Part shown: positions 1 to 12,233 of the stretch, piece after piece
Layout of the letters: each line of letters begins with the position of its first letter
Position numbering within the stretch: the stretch's first letter is position 1
From: Histomonas meleagridis 2922-C6/04-290x
Taxonomy: Eukaryota; Protista; Parabasalia
Length of the DNA stretch: 64,000 bases
Direction: 5' to 3'
Assembly (NCBI GenBank): GCA_020184695.1
Contig: JAANOX010000218.1
Coordinates: 1 to 64,000, forward strand
Notes under the pieces: generated by a model
Told to the model about the DNA's origin: nothing
The model's database searches: none
What the model saw: only the letters and a program-made list of their open reading frames with translations
Program-made: the position numbers and the translations under genes

Positions 1-101
1 ATTGTAATCGACACGAATTTAAATAAAAAGTGACTAAATTCAAAGGAAATTCTAAACAAATTATTATATCTTCATAAAAATTTATCTACTGTTCTTATAT
101 G

Positions 102-1395
102 TTAAAATTTGATATGTATTACATACATTACAAATAATTTTAAAATTATTCTATAAGAGGGAAAATTGGTTGACAGTGTCTTATTTTCAATTAATTTGAG
201 AATATAATAAACATAAATTTTAAATAAATTTTGCCAAAGTGAAATTAACATCAACTCTTTCCTTCTTGTTTGGGAGGAATTTAACAAGTTCATTATTTCC
301 TGATCTAGATGCTAAAGAAGAACATTATTTGGAAGTTCAATCTTTCCTAAAACATTTTGAATGAAGTAAAAATTTCCAATGCGGATTCATTAATAATATC
401 ATCATCAATATTCATTCCTTCCTTTAATAAAAAGGAAAAAATTTCATAATTTTGATATAAAACGCAAATTTTCCCTAATTTTTCTAAACTAAATGGTGAT
501 GATTCGGGATTATTCCAATCATTAAAATGATTATAATCGTAATCATCATCACCATAGCCCATATAAATATCATCACTATCGTCGTCACTATAACTATCAT
601 CACTATAACTATTAAAGTTTGGATTTTTTTCTAAATGACCTAATTCATTTTCAAATATATATATAAAGATGTCATTTCGATGAAACATAATTGTAACGCT
701 TCCATAAGCACCTTTAAATGATAAATGATTTTGTTCACATAAATGAATAATTTCTTCATTTCCACCACAACTGCATATTTACCTGTATTACTTATGTTAT
801 TACCATTTCTAATAATAAGTAGCATTTAAAAACATTTTAACTCGATGATGATGCATAATCCAATTAATGTAACATCATTAATAAATGAACACTTTTCATA
901 AAGTGACAATTTAATTTTTGATTATAATCAAAATTTACTAGTGATAACATTTCTTGAAGTTTTCTCATTTCATCATTTTCTGAATACTTTTGCAATTTCA
1001 CTTGGATTATGTCCCTCTTTAATTAATTGCCTATGAAGTTTAAAATCATCCTTCGATAAATCATCATAATTTCTCCTAGCTCCTTCACGAAGGTTTCGTA
1101 CGAAAATTTTATGAGATCTTTACATTGAATTCTCTCGAAAAGTTTGTTTATGGAGTGTATTTATAAATTGTAAAAGTAAACCTATGTTATAATCACGTGA
1201 TATATAAAACAGAAATGAAAGTCTACAAATCGTCATACAAAATGAATAAGAATTATTCTGATCAAAAAGTTTTAAAAGTTTTTCAACAGTTAATCAACAT
1301 TACCTTCTTTTAAACCAAATACAATGTTTTCAAGAGATAAGAGAATTTTCAAGCTTTCGTCTCCATTTACTTTCATTTACAGAATTTGAGTTCAT
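102..1395 (-). pseudogene. Degenerate DUF3447/ankyrin-associated family pseudogene
   Basis: Pieces in shifting frames read ...SLENIVFGL...GHNPSEIAKVFRK...GKYAVCGGNEEIIHLCEQN...MFHRNDIFIYIFEN, resembling the expanded parabasalid DUF3447 family; multiple stops and frameshifts; boundaries approximate. Confidence 0.6.
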
Positions 1396-2006
1396 CCAAT
1401 ATAAAAGTGACAAATTTGTCAAAAGAAATTTTGATCAATTGGCAATACACTGATGATTTCCAACTGCATATTTTATAGAATCTGGTTGCCCACGAATAAT
1501 TCTTTATTCCCACATAAAGTGCATATTGTTAAAGCAATATTCAAAGAGAAATTGGTCTCTGAGATCCACTAAAGCTCAAAGTACATCTGAATTCATTCAA
1601 AAAGATTTATAAAAATGATATTTTTTCCAATATCTGAGAACACCTCATAATTGTTATTTCGATCAAATAGAATATCTTTCGAAATAATTGATATTGCAGA
1701 AAATCGGAATCAAGAGACAGAATAGATGGAATAAAATAATAAATTTTTATCCGATACTATAAGAGAAAGGCATCCGAAGGTGTCCTTTTACAATTACACT
1801 TGAGCATAATTCGCATGAAAACGTCGTAAGACGCTTTATACTCAGTATCCGAAACGATAAATTAAAATGAATGGCAAATCATGGTCTTCATACTCAAAAA
1901 CGAATGAACGACCGTTAATTTATTTCTATATTTTATTTCAGCTTTTGTAAATACGAGGCTACAAGAGAGCTCTTATTTTATTAAAATATATTACTATACA
2001 TTTACA

Positions 2007-3309
2007 TTATAGTTGTGAATGTAATAGTGAGTGCAATTTCACGAATTTTGTTTTGCAATACAATTTCATTTTGCTTCCAGTCATCCGAACCGATTTCCAA
2101 TGCAGATTACAAACTACTGGGATACCTTGCCTGCTAGCAGGTGCGCTTAGCTTTAGCTTCTCTGGGATCCGCAACGAGAGGTACTGCGCGAGTGCGTTTT
2201 GCGTTAGGAGTCGTTCTCGTCCTGATCGCTCTCGGACTGAATCTTGCAAGAAGTCGGCGAGAACTCTTTCAGGCTTGATACTGTTTGGGAATGAAGCGCT
2301 CTTCGGTGGGGGACTTTTCTATCAAAGATGAGCTAATTTCTTTGCCGATTATCACAGATAAAAAATTTATCTGAATTTGACGATCAATGGCTTTCTCAAG
2401 TGCTTTCCGTATCCTCCTTGTGTTGCAATATAGTTTGCACCTGATTTGGGCTGATGTTAACTTTTCGCCGTTGATCGAATTTTCATATTCGATTTTGTGA
2501 ACATGAACAGTTTTACTAACAGCTAGAAGAGAAGCAGGATTGGCGGTCCCGAAAACACATGATTTAGACTTGGAAAGATTTGGAAATCGAGGATCTGTTA
2601 AAGACATAGTATAGGATACTATCACATGGATCTTCAGGATAACATAATGATGCAGCTGCAAATGAACCGTGTGTGTCACAAGGTTTGGTGTTTTGCCATA
2701 TATCATGACCGGTTGTTCAGTTATTATGTATTCCCATAATTTAGATATTTCATTGAAATTGGTGTTGAGAACATTTTTGATGTCGTGATCAATGAATCTA
2801 TCATTGGCACGATAAGCATTTTCATTTGATGTAAGTAAATTTTTGGTTGATGAATTTGGAATAATTGAAATTGAACCATTAAAGAGAGGGAGCTCAAAAT
2901 TAGAACTTGGCAATGAACAAAGGTGTGATTCCCATTTTCCAACAAAGTTTTCAATTAAAGAATAAATTGTTTTTGGATCCATTGATACTACAATTGTAAT
3001 TGATTCCATCAGATTCATAAACAATGGATAATAAGGGAAGGATGTAACTATCACAATTGAAAATTGTTGGAAGTTTCTTTTGAACGAAGAATTTGGAATT
3101 GAGACGAAGGCAGAATAGCAAAAATATTTTTCAAGCTTAAAACAGAATGAGGTTACGCCTTGCTTTAAAGGGGTTGTACTTTCTGGGAAACAATTTAGCT
3201 TTAGAATTTTAATTTGGCTTTCTGTAAGGATGCTGTCTTTTGGTTGTTTAATGAGAACAGGCCCTATTCGCTCATCGAACTCAAGCAAGTAAGTTCCTAT
3301 GATTGACAT
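2007..3309 (-). pseudogene. DENND6/AVL9-like DENN-domain gene, frameshift-disrupted
   Basis: ORF 2269-3309 with LLEFDERIGP, NCFPES and SLTDPRF motifs; apparent compensating frameshift pair near 2600-2680 and further frameshifts after about 2290 (coding-like frames continue to about 2007). Confidence 0.6.
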
Positions 3310-3709
3310 CGATGATTTTTGTGCGAAATCAGGTGGAAGATTTTGAATGTCAGCTGACTTTCAATTTGAACTGTTTTGCCTCCATTTAAAGTTTTTGAAT
3401 GGATTGAAAATCGACTTTACTGAAAATACAAAAACCTTCAACACCGGTTGTGTAACGATTAAAACCGTCGAAACAATCCAAAATGAATAACGACGTCCAA
3501 ATTAACGGTCTCCAGTCCTATGATGGAATTTTTGAATGCGTCTCTCAGAATTGATTCCAGGATGATGAGTTATGGGCATTCTCTCTGTTTTTTCGATACA
3601 TAGAATGCCTCATCTTGCGAAGGTATAATCAGATGATCTCGAAGAATTAGGGTATGTTAACGTTTTTTGGGGCGGTATATATATATATATACGTTTAATT
3701 TTAATAAAA

Positions 3710-4102
3710 ATGATTGAAATCTTCGTATTGTGCACATCTATATTAATTATTTGCCTGATTTATAAACATAGATCTGTTGGTAGCAATGATGCCCCATATA
3801 AAAATTTTAATAATTCAAAGTTTTTTGAAGGAAATTATGTTTTTCAACCTAATTCCAAAACAGAAAAAACAAATAAATCATCATCACAAACACCTACAAA
3901 TTACCGCTTTTCATCTATGTCACCGATGACAAAAATTCCAATGCGTTATCAAAAGCCTTCGATTTCACCAATACACAAAACATCGAGGAATAATTATTCA
4001 ACAAACAAAGAAAATATACCATTTAATGGAAGTCAACCAATTTATAAATCAACGCATTTACATCATCACAAAAGGAAGTCATCTACAATTCTTTTTCCAT
4101 GA
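3710..4102 (+). CDS. Small hypothetical protein with N-terminal hydrophobic anchor and S/T/N-rich tail
   Basis: 130-aa ORF, AAAATG start context, hydrophobic residues 2-18. Confidence 0.55.
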   Translation: MIEIFVLCTSILIICLIYKHRSVGSNDAPYKNFNNSKFFEGNYVFQPNSKTEKTNKSSSQTPTNYRFSSMSPMTKIPMRYQKPSISPIHKTSRNNYSTNKENIPFNGSQPIYKSTHLHHHKRKSSTILFP

Positions 4103-4140
4103 AACTTTTTTTTTATAAAATATGTTAATAAACCATTTCA

Positions 4141-5523
4141 TTAATCCAACAAAACCATTGTATTATCATATGATGCTGTAATTATTTGAGATGGGTTGTA
4201 AGGACTCCAATCTGCCTTAATTAATACCTGGTCATGTAATTCAAAAGTTTTTTTCAACTGTGCCGACTTCCATTCCCATATGAATAACGATCCTCTTGCA
4301 TCACCACTTGCAAGGAATGACCCATCAGGTGACATTGTCATCCGGCATGCAAACGATTCGGGGTGGTGCCCGACAAACGACCGTTTAGAGTAAACGTTAA
4401 AATTCGGTGATGTTCTAAAAACAACAATTTCGCCTCCCATCTGCCCCATAACATATGGTTCGGTAGGGTGTGCTACTAATGCAGTTATATGTTTCATCCA
4501 TGGTTCTTTAAGAACAGCTACTGGTCTTTCAATTCCATCTTCCCATAAAACTAATGCATTGTCTTCTCCGGAAGTTACAAAGTATTTGGATCCTGGAAGA
4601 TAAGTAATTGCAGACATAGGCGCTGAATGGAATCTATATTCACGGATTGGACGTTTTTCACCATTGATACGAAAATCATAATGAACAGCTCTACCATCTT
4701 GAAGTGCTACTATACACTCTTCTTCGCGCCCTTCATTGGTGTTCATAATAAGTTGTGATGGAACTGAATCAAGAACTGCTCCACAAATGAAACCTTTTTC
4801 GGTATCCCAAAGTTTAAGAGCTTTTCCATAGCAACAACTTGCAATCCTAAATCCATCACGTGAAAATCGACAGTCAGAAACGCCTTGTTTATGACCAATA
4901 TAAATTTGGATACATTGACGATCACCAGAAAGTGACCAAATACGAATGGTCGTATCAAGGGAGCATGAAAGAATCAAATGCCCATAAGTAGGAAACATTT
5001 CAACATTAGTAACTGAGGATGTATGATATGAGAATTTGTGAATTCGAGATTGAGGAAGAAAACACTCATGGCCTGGATTAGCTACATATGAGATTGGTTG
5101 CATAACCCATGAACGGCCAAGGTGATCTTTAATGTTAGTTGTATTGAGCCAAACTACTGTATTTGGTAATTCGTTATCACCGATACTTGGATACCATGTT
5201 CTGTTACGAATACGTTGAAGGTATGCTGTCTTTTCTGAGGTTGGAACTTGGGGTTTAGGTGCTTCATTTTCGTCCCATGGAATATCTCGATGTTTTTTAT
5301 GACATTTCTTATGCTTTTTCTTTCTGCTTGGGTAATGAGATGCTTGCCACATTGCATCAGTCATTGATACTTCTTCAATTTGATCTTTTTGATTTTCTAA
5401 AATTGCTTTCTGCTCATCAATTGGTAAGTTCGCATTTATCCTCGGTACGAGTTTTTCTTCATTTCCTTGTTTGTTTGTTAGTAATTGAGGAGTTGGGTCA
5501 ATAAATAAGGTACTTGTTTGCAT
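4141..5523 (-). CDS. CDC40: Pre-mRNA splicing factor Prp17/CDC40 (WD40)
   Basis: HLGRSW, CFLP..IH, FPTYGHLILSCSLD and multiple WD40 repeats match the Prp17 architecture. Confidence 0.9.
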   Translation of the reverse strand: MQTSTLFIDPTPQLLTNKQGNEEKLVPRINANLPIDEQKAILENQKDQIEEVSMTDAMWQASHYPSRKKKHKKCHKKHRDIPWDENEAPKPQVPTSEKTAYLQRIRNRTWYPSIGDNELPNTVVWLNTTNIKDHLGRSWVMQPISYVANPGHECFLPQSRIHKFSYHTSSVTNVEMFPTYGHLILSCSLDTTIRIWSLSGDRQCIQIYIGHKQGVSDCRFSRDGFRIASCCYGKALKLWDTEKGFICGAVLDSVPSQLIMNTNEGREEECIVALQDGRAVHYDFRINGEKRPIREYRFHSAPMSAITYLPGSKYFVTSGEDNALVLWEDGIERPVAVLKEPWMKHITALVAHPTEPYVMGQMGGEIVVFRTSPNFNVYSKRSFVGHHPESFACRMTMSPDGSFLASGDARGSLFIWEWKSAQLKKTFELHDQVLIKADWSPYNPSQIITASYDNTMVLLD

Positions 5524-5607
5524 TTAAAGTGCCTTTTTTTCGGGCGGCCCCTGTTGGGGCACCCCACGTTCTTTTTTCTGTGACATTAACGTCCCCTAAA
5601 CGTACAA

Positions 5608-7035
5608 ATGCAATGTAACTGGAAAAAAGTTTCTATTCACCACAAAAATATTAGACAGAAATTGGCTCAAAGAGAAGTGTTTGTAAATCCTATTTATGAA
5701 GGTTCTCGGTCTCAAAGTGAAATTGAAGAATTCATTCAATTACTTAATGAAGATTTTAATAATCAATCTTCAGAAAATTTTTCAGAACATCTAACAGAAA
5801 TTAATAAAACCATAAGTGGGTATGATTGTGCATCTCTAGATATGATTTCTACAACGTCATTTGCAAGCTTATTAATTAATGCAGACTTTGAGTTTGCTAC
5901 TGACCTCATGTGCCATGCTTCAATACTTTTTTGTATATCAAATCTTATTAAAACATCACATTTTTCCGAATATTTCTATTCAAATGGAATATTTGAAGCT
6001 GCTTTATCAGGAATTACAAGTGAAGAGAATATGGTTTCATTAGCCAGCCTTCGTATTCTTAGTACACTCATTTATGTTGCTCATTCATATCAGACGAATT
6101 TTAATATGAAAGCATTTCTTGATCAAATTACAGAATGCTCAAAATTATCAAATGCGCATGCTGACTCATGTGCCAGTATACTTTATTCATTCGTGTTGTT
6201 ATATAATTTTGAACCTTATATTGATCAAATCCTAGCAACGATTTGTTATATTTTCGAAGATTCCCAATATGATAGTACATGGGAAAACATTGCATTGTTA
6301 TGTCAATATCTTGTTCATACAGATATTCTTTATTTTAATTGTTTAGTACAAAGGTGGTGTTTACTTGGCGAAATTGTCGATCTTATAAATGATGTTACTA
6401 AATTTGCATCAAATATTTCAACTGTAGTACCAACATTAGATACTATATCCTATGTATTAGAAACAGTTGGACCAAAACAAATTTGTTTTGCAAGACGAAT
6501 ATCAATTTCTAAATATTATGAATTTATACAACATGCGAATTTAGAAATATCGAATTCTTCTTTAAAAATTTTGACTTTATTAATATTATATGGCGATATT
6601 GAAGTATTTCAATATTGCATGAATGAGAATCATAGTTTATTAGACCTTGTTTTTAGTGATATTTTTGATGAAGGTGCACCTTTTTATTATCAGATATCAA
6701 TTGTGGAATTATCTTACGCAATGATATTAAAGAAAGATCTTAATGTGTTTTATAAATTGTTTGATCTTGGTTTCGTTCAAAAATGTTCTTTTTGTTTGGA
6801 TAGTGATGATAATGATTTAATTTTGAAATACGTTGAAATTGTTTTTAATATGTTACAAGCAAGTCAACATACAAATGTAACTTCGTATTTAGTAAATGAT
6901 ATTATTCAAACAGATTTATCTCAAAGGTTCCAGGAATTGATTGATAATATTGATGATGAAGATAATGATATATTCAGATTTTGTGTGGATATTCGCGAGT
7001 TTTGTGAAACGGCAGCAAATGAATTTGAACAATGA
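5608..7035 (+). CDS. ARM/HEAT-repeat (importin-alpha-like) hypothetical protein
   Basis: 475-aa helical, Leu/Ile-rich ORF; N-terminal basic IBB-like stretch. Confidence 0.55.
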   Translation: MQCNWKKVSIHHKNIRQKLAQREVFVNPIYEGSRSQSEIEEFIQLLNEDFNNQSSENFSEHLTEINKTISGYDCASLDMISTTSFASLLINADFEFATDLMCHASILFCISNLIKTSHFSEYFYSNGIFEAALSGITSEENMVSLASLRILSTLIYVAHSYQTNFNMKAFLDQITECSKLSNAHADSCASILYSFVLLYNFEPYIDQILATICYIFEDSQYDSTWENIALLCQYLVHTDILYFNCLVQRWCLLGEIVDLINDVTKFASNISTVVPTLDTISYVLETVGPKQICFARRISISKYYEFIQHANLEISNSSLKILTLLILYGDIEVFQYCMNENHSLLDLVFSDIFDEGAPFYYQISIVELSYAMILKKDLNVFYKLFDLGFVQKCSFCLDSDDNDLILKYVEIVFNMLQASQHTNVTSYLVNDIIQTDLSQRFQELIDNIDDEDNDIFRFCVDIREFCETAANEFEQ

Positions 7036-7499
7036 AAAATAAAAATTTATTATGAATAAAGTTAATGTTGTTTTTATCTATAGTCAAAGATAAATAATTT
7101 AATGCTTGAAAAAAATAGACTAATATTCATTAAAAAAATTGTATTTTTATTTAAAATGAAATTGAATCTGACTGTGCATATGTATTTGATTTTGTAAATG
7201 AATGTGTTGGAAGTGGTGATATGTTTTCTCAAGGATGTTCAGATTTCAAATGCTTATTTCGATTACCGATGTTTTAGAATATATTAATAGAATTTATGTA
7301 ATAGATAAATAGAAATGCTTTTTAGTTAAAATCATTTTGAAATACATTGAAAGAGTGAGAAATATCTGCTTGACGCTTTAGAATTTATAAACAATTTATA
7401 GTTTTAAGAAAAAAACATTTTCTGTTAAAAGAATGATATTCGTCCATAAAATTAGAGATACATTTTAAAAAACATTAATAGTATTAACAAAAAACTCAT

Positions 7500-7990
7500 A
7501 AATCCGACACACCTTAACATATTTCTTTAAGGTATGAAAAGATATTTATTTAATTTCTCCCATCTTTAAAATCAAATCTGCATATAATATATTTTGGCAT
7601 AATAATACCTCTTAGATATAGATAAATTGATTTCATTTTTAATTTGGATGCATACATAAGTTCTGTATTAAATATTTGTAATATTAAATATAACATATAA
7701 ATATTGTCTTTAACATTAATATCAATTCCTTCTTGTTCAAGAAGTAATTTTATATTATGTTGGATAAGCTTTGAGAATTTTCAAACATGATTTATTTATC
7801 TTAAATATAATTTTAAAAGCTCTATTCTATTACATATGTTCAATTCATTATTAACTATAATTCATCCAAATAAAAATCGAAAATCAACATGCAAATCAGC
7901 TGATTTACTGAAAAATACCATTCCAGAAAATTGGCAAGTGTGATTTTGTCCAAGCCTTAATATGACATTTATGTCATTATAGATTGTTTA
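7500..7990 (-). pseudogene. Degenerate ankyrin-repeat remnant
   Basis: Minus-strand fragment reads KLLLEQEGIDINVKD (plus strand about 7705-7765), typical parabasalid ankyrin wording; surrounding frames closed. Confidence 0.3.
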
Positions 7991-8314
7991 TATTTTGAAT
8001 TTGGAGTATTAATGTAATAGAACCTCAAAATGCTTTCGCTTAAGCACTTCTTTAAATCAATTATTTTCTATGAATTAATTTATCCATACATCATGATGAT
8101 TATTTAAAATTTGATTGTATTATAACATTATTCGAAAATCTCTTTTATTTAAAAAAAAAATATTTCAAAATCATCTTGCACAAAAAATTCTTCTTTTCCT
8201 AACAATTAAATTAATACATAAAATCAATTTTCTTATTTTCTTTCCAAGAAGTCATTATCTTATCTAAATAGTAAAATAAATTTAAGTGCATAACATTTTA
8301 TTTAAAAAAAATTT

Positions 8315-11300
8315 TCATTTCGTCTTTTCGTCGTTCTTTACGTTTTTCTTGGCAAAACTTGGCAGTTTTTGGTCTGCCCCATTTTGCAGCAAAATTTTTG
8401 ATATATTTTGGTTTGCAATATGCAGTGGCAAATTCCCGTTTGTATACCATAAGTTTGGCTTGGCACCTGAATTAATCAGCATCAGGACAATTTTTTCTTT
8501 ACCCATTTCAACCGCATGATATAACGGAGTTACTCCATTTTCGTTTGGCATATTCACATAAGCTCCGTTGTCAATCAATGTCTTTATCAGCGCTTCGTTT
8601 TCCAAGTTTATTGCCAAAAACAAAGGCGACTCACCTTTTGAGTTATAAATATTCACATTACATCTTGGGTCGATTATAATTCTTTCAGCAAAGTCTATTA
8701 AATCGTTTTGCAACATCAAGTTCAAAGGCGTATTGCCATATTCATCGATTGGATTTATCGATAACAAAGGAATTGCCAACAAATCTTCGAGAATTTCCAT
8801 GTTCATTTCATGAACCAAAGTAACAAACAGATGTAGTGGATGTGGAGCTAACATTGACACTAAATTAGGATTATAATTCGGACATAACTTGATAATATCT
8901 TTGATCACTTTAGTGAATTTGTTCATTAATAAAAACTGTGTTACAAACAACCCATCAATGTTTGGTGTGTTAATGTCTTCTCCGCAATATGGTAATATTA
9001 ATTTAAGTGCTTCGTAATTCTTTTGTTCAATCAAGCTAAACAACAGAGATGAGTAATAGTACGTGCTCGAATTAGGTTTGTTTGTGCATGCTTCATTTTG
9101 CAATAAAAATTTCGATCGCTCAAAATCGTTAATTGTGATTAAGAACATTAAAGGCGATAACTTTTCATAATCACAAGAATCTAAATCAATTTTGCTATCG
9201 ATTAATGCTTGTGATATTGAAATATTTGGATTTCTTAATGAGTAAAAAAGAGCACTTTTCCCATCGGTGTTATCTTTGAGGTACACCGACGACCGTTTAG
9301 CGATAGCCTGAATGAAGACCGAATTGTTGGACGTTAAGCAAGCGTAATGTAATAACGGCAAGTTCGCAATTTTGAATTGAGAAATTGAAAGGTGGAACGT
9401 TTCCAATTGATATTGAAGCAAATCGAAATCGCTTAATGAAATCGAGTAAGCGAAGTTACTTATTTGGAATGGGAACAAAGAATGGAATAAAATAGTTTTG
9501 TTGTTTGACGTAAACATATCCATTAAAGAACAACGAACAATATGACGTAACAATATGTTATCAATTATTTCGTCATCGACTTCTTGTATGAATTTATAAG
9601 GCGAAATGTTACGAATCGAATTAATAATTTGTTTTGGCTCGATCGAATTATTACCAATAGTAATCCGTGTCATGCCAATATATTTTTCGGGGATTCTCGA
9701 CATATCTATCGAAGGATAAATTAACATTTTGTTTTGTCGTTGAACTAAGTCAATTATATCCATAATTTCATCCATTGAAATTTGCACATCCCAAAAACGT
9801 TCTAACAATGTAATCGAAGCAGCCAAACGAAAGTTATCAATAATAAAAGGAAAAGATAAATTAATTATCGGATTACTTATATTCGATATAGCCAATTTAG
9901 TCGTCTCATTATTTAATCGTAATTTACATAACACAAAATGTATCCAAAATAATAAAACAGTGTTATGTGAGTCATAAACAAATTGTACCCTAAAAATATT
10001 CGGACCTATGAATAATCCGCCACATATATTATCTTTATGATTATGTAATGGTATAAATTCCCATTGACTTATCGGCAAGAAAAATATCACAGAAAAGTTC
10101 TTAGGATCAATTACAAGGTATTGTGGTAACACTTGTAATTGTTCATTATTTGTCATTTTATAATCACAAAAATACACAAATCCACTCGTTAATATGATAA
10201 CATACTCATTTCCCTCAATTTTAATTGGCGTTTCCAAGATAACTGTACCTAAAACACAATCAGATTGTGGAAACATATGTTCATGTGAAAAATATAATTG
10301 GAATTCATATGAATAATCAACAAGTTTCTCAACTAAATCACTATGTGAGATTGTGGCTAATAAGATTAATGTCGTGATTGACTTCTCCGAATCGTTTTCG
10401 AAGTCCAATTTGATTTTATAGTTTGCTGTGTTTTGGATGTTTTTGATCCACGTAACCAAAACATTCCACGAATTGACCTTAAAATCAAAGCGCCCGATGA
10501 TAGTAGAAACATATGGCATCATTACGGAAACTAATGTTTGTGATAACGCATGCTTTAATGCTGATAACATCGATTTGTCAGCAGTGATTACAGAAAATTG
10601 GTCACATAAAAGTTGAAGTACTTCTGGTAAGAAACATGTTATTCCATTTGATCCTAAATATGAAAAAACATTTTTTTGTAATGTGGAGATTTGTTCAATA
10701 ACTGACTCGGAAACTCCTTTGAAAAAGGCTAAGCGGGAGACATAATCATCAACAAAGGATGAGCGTGCTAATGCGACATTTCGTTTACTCGCTCGTATTT
10801 TTTCTGATACAACTTGATATAATAATTTATGGGTACCAATAAAAACACCAGTGGAATAATCAAAAACATCACCAAAACCTTCAATGATTGGTTGGAATGG
10901 GAATAAGACATGTGATTCAGTATTGATTTCTATGCGAATTATTAATTGGTTGGGTTGAATTTTTAGAAATTCTGAGGCTTGACTATATATGGCATTCCAA
11001 TTACATTCGGATAAAGATGATTTAAATGAAGATGGAAGATCTTTATTGTTGAAATTTAATGGGATTCGTATCGGAATGTCTGGAAAAGAATTATTAATAT
11101 GATGAAGCGTAAACATAATTTTGTTGGTGTATTCAACTGATATGGGATACATAGTAAAATGTGGAATATCTTTCCAATTTAATGTATCTGATGCAGCTGA
11201 TTGAACATGATAAATAACTTGTGGGAAAATATCAAATGGATGACATGGGTCAGGAATACTAATCCCAAATTCGGCATTTGAAAAAAAGAGTGTGTATTCT

Positions 11301-11443
11301 GTTTTAGAATTAAAAATTGGTAAGGATTTCAAATAATCAGATAATTCACGAGATGTGTTATTTTCGAGTTGTTTACAAGGACGTCGAGCTCGTTCCCCAT
11401 TTTGATTTGCAACTAAGAAAATTGTTGGTTCCTCTTTCTTCAT
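8315..11443 (-). CDS. Large ankyrin-repeat protein, possibly with degenerate DH-PH module
   Basis: 1042 aa; C-terminal ankyrin repeats (GNTPLNL, GESPLFLA, GVTPLYHA, GNLPLHIA); central helical then beta-rich region. Confidence 0.8.
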   Translation of the reverse strand: MKKEEPTIFLVANQNGERARRPCKQLENNTSRELSDYLKSLPIFNSKTEYTLFFSNAEFGISIPDPCHPFDIFPQVIYHVQSAASDTLNWKDIPHFTMYPISVEYTNKIMFTLHHINNSFPDIPIRIPLNFNNKDLPSSFKSSLSECNWNAIYSQASEFLKIQPNQLIIRIEINTESHVLFPFQPIIEGFGDVFDYSTGVFIGTHKLLYQVVSEKIRASKRNVALARSSFVDDYVSRLAFFKGVSESVIEQISTLQKNVFSYLGSNGITCFLPEVLQLLCDQFSVITADKSMLSALKHALSQTLVSVMMPYVSTIIGRFDFKVNSWNVLVTWIKNIQNTANYKIKLDFENDSEKSITTLILLATISHSDLVEKLVDYSYEFQLYFSHEHMFPQSDCVLGTVILETPIKIEGNEYVIILTSGFVYFCDYKMTNNEQLQVLPQYLVIDPKNFSVIFFLPISQWEFIPLHNHKDNICGGLFIGPNIFRVQFVYDSHNTVLLFWIHFVLCKLRLNNETTKLAISNISNPIINLSFPFIIDNFRLAASITLLERFWDVQISMDEIMDIIDLVQRQNKMLIYPSIDMSRIPEKYIGMTRITIGNNSIEPKQIINSIRNISPYKFIQEVDDEIIDNILLRHIVRCSLMDMFTSNNKTILFHSLFPFQISNFAYSISLSDFDLLQYQLETFHLSISQFKIANLPLLHYACLTSNNSVFIQAIAKRSSVYLKDNTDGKSALFYSLRNPNISISQALIDSKIDLDSCDYEKLSPLMFLITINDFERSKFLLQNEACTNKPNSSTYYYSSLLFSLIEQKNYEALKLILPYCGEDINTPNIDGLFVTQFLLMNKFTKVIKDIIKLCPNYNPNLVSMLAPHPLHLFVTLVHEMNMEILEDLLAIPLLSINPIDEYGNTPLNLMLQNDLIDFAERIIIDPRCNVNIYNSKGESPLFLAINLENEALIKTLIDNGAYVNMPNENGVTPLYHAVEMGKEKIVLMLINSGAKPNLWYTNGNLPLHIANQNISKILLQNGADQKLPSFAKKNVKNDEKTK

Positions 11444-11630
11444 TAATTTTTTTGAAAGGAAATAAACGGTTTTTAAAAAATATTTTTTTACATAAACTCA
11501 AAAAAATCTTTAGAAAAAAGAAATATGACTTAATGAAACATAATTTAACTATGTTACTTGCTTTAGTTTGAAATTACATTCAAAAATGATATGCGGAAAA
11601 TCATTAATTTGCGAGATCAAAGAAAATGGT

Positions 11631-12206
11631 TTATTTCTTGTGCTTCGCAGCTTCTTTGGCCTTGATGGATGCCCTCCATGCCTTATGTGCTTGTTGCTTG
11701 GTCTTGAAAAGTTCAGCTTTCTTTTCTTCATCTTTGATTACTCTCCATGTAACCTTTTGGTCAACCTTTGGAAGAGCGAAAAGAGATGGGATGGATTCTC
11801 CAGCTGGAAGCTTCTCAGTCTTTGTATGAACACGAACCATCTTTGCCTTATAGGCCTTAAGACGTTCAATGTTAGCTTGCTTGATTTCATCCTTTGTATG
11901 AACACGGAATTTATCCATAGCAATGCCCATGAATCTGGCACGTGATGGTTCAAATCCGGCAGCTTTAACTTCTTCAACAGTGAAGCCACGTCCAAGCCTT
12001 ACTTTACGATTGTAGCGAACTGTTGGGCAATGAACAAGTGGGCGAAGTGGGCCTTCAACTGGTCTTGGAGCGATCTTTTTAGCACGGATTGCTCTGGCAA
12101 TTTGACGCCTCTTCTTACGGGCTGGATCATCAAAATAGAACTTAATACGACGGAACCAATCCTTGCGAAGGTGATCGTTTGGTACTCTGTTGTTTTTGCA
12201 AACCAT
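11631..12206 (-). CDS. RPL13: 60S ribosomal protein eL13
   Basis: HLRKDW, LRPLVHCPTVRYNRKVRLGRGFT; true start MVCKNN at 12206 inferred from homology and an upstream CCTTT element (ORF track extends to 12269). Confidence 0.97.
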   Translation of the reverse strand: MVCKNNRVPNDHLRKDWFRRIKFYFDDPARKKRRQIARAIRAKKIAPRPVEGPLRPLVHCPTVRYNRKVRLGRGFTVEEVKAAGFEPSRARFMGIAMDKFRVHTKDEIKQANIERLKAYKAKMVRVHTKTEKLPAGESIPSLFALPKVDQKVTWRVIKDEEKKAELFKTKQQAHKAWRASIKAKEAAKHKK

Positions 12207-12233
12207 TCTGTTGAAAGGAAGGACCAAACCGTT
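12207..12233 (-). promoter_or_regulatory. M3 (AACGGTT) plus M5 (CCTTT) core promoter of RPL13
   Basis: Minus strand AACGGTTTGGTCCTTCCTTTCAACAGA-ATG; CCTTT starts 12 nt upstream of ATG. Confidence 0.75.

Noticed and set aside
3483-3690. Short coding-like stretch or snoRNA (ATGATGA box, GGCATTCT/AGAATGCC hairpin, GTATGT donor-like site)
   Set aside because: Frames closed, no D box or 3' splice site found, no recognisable family
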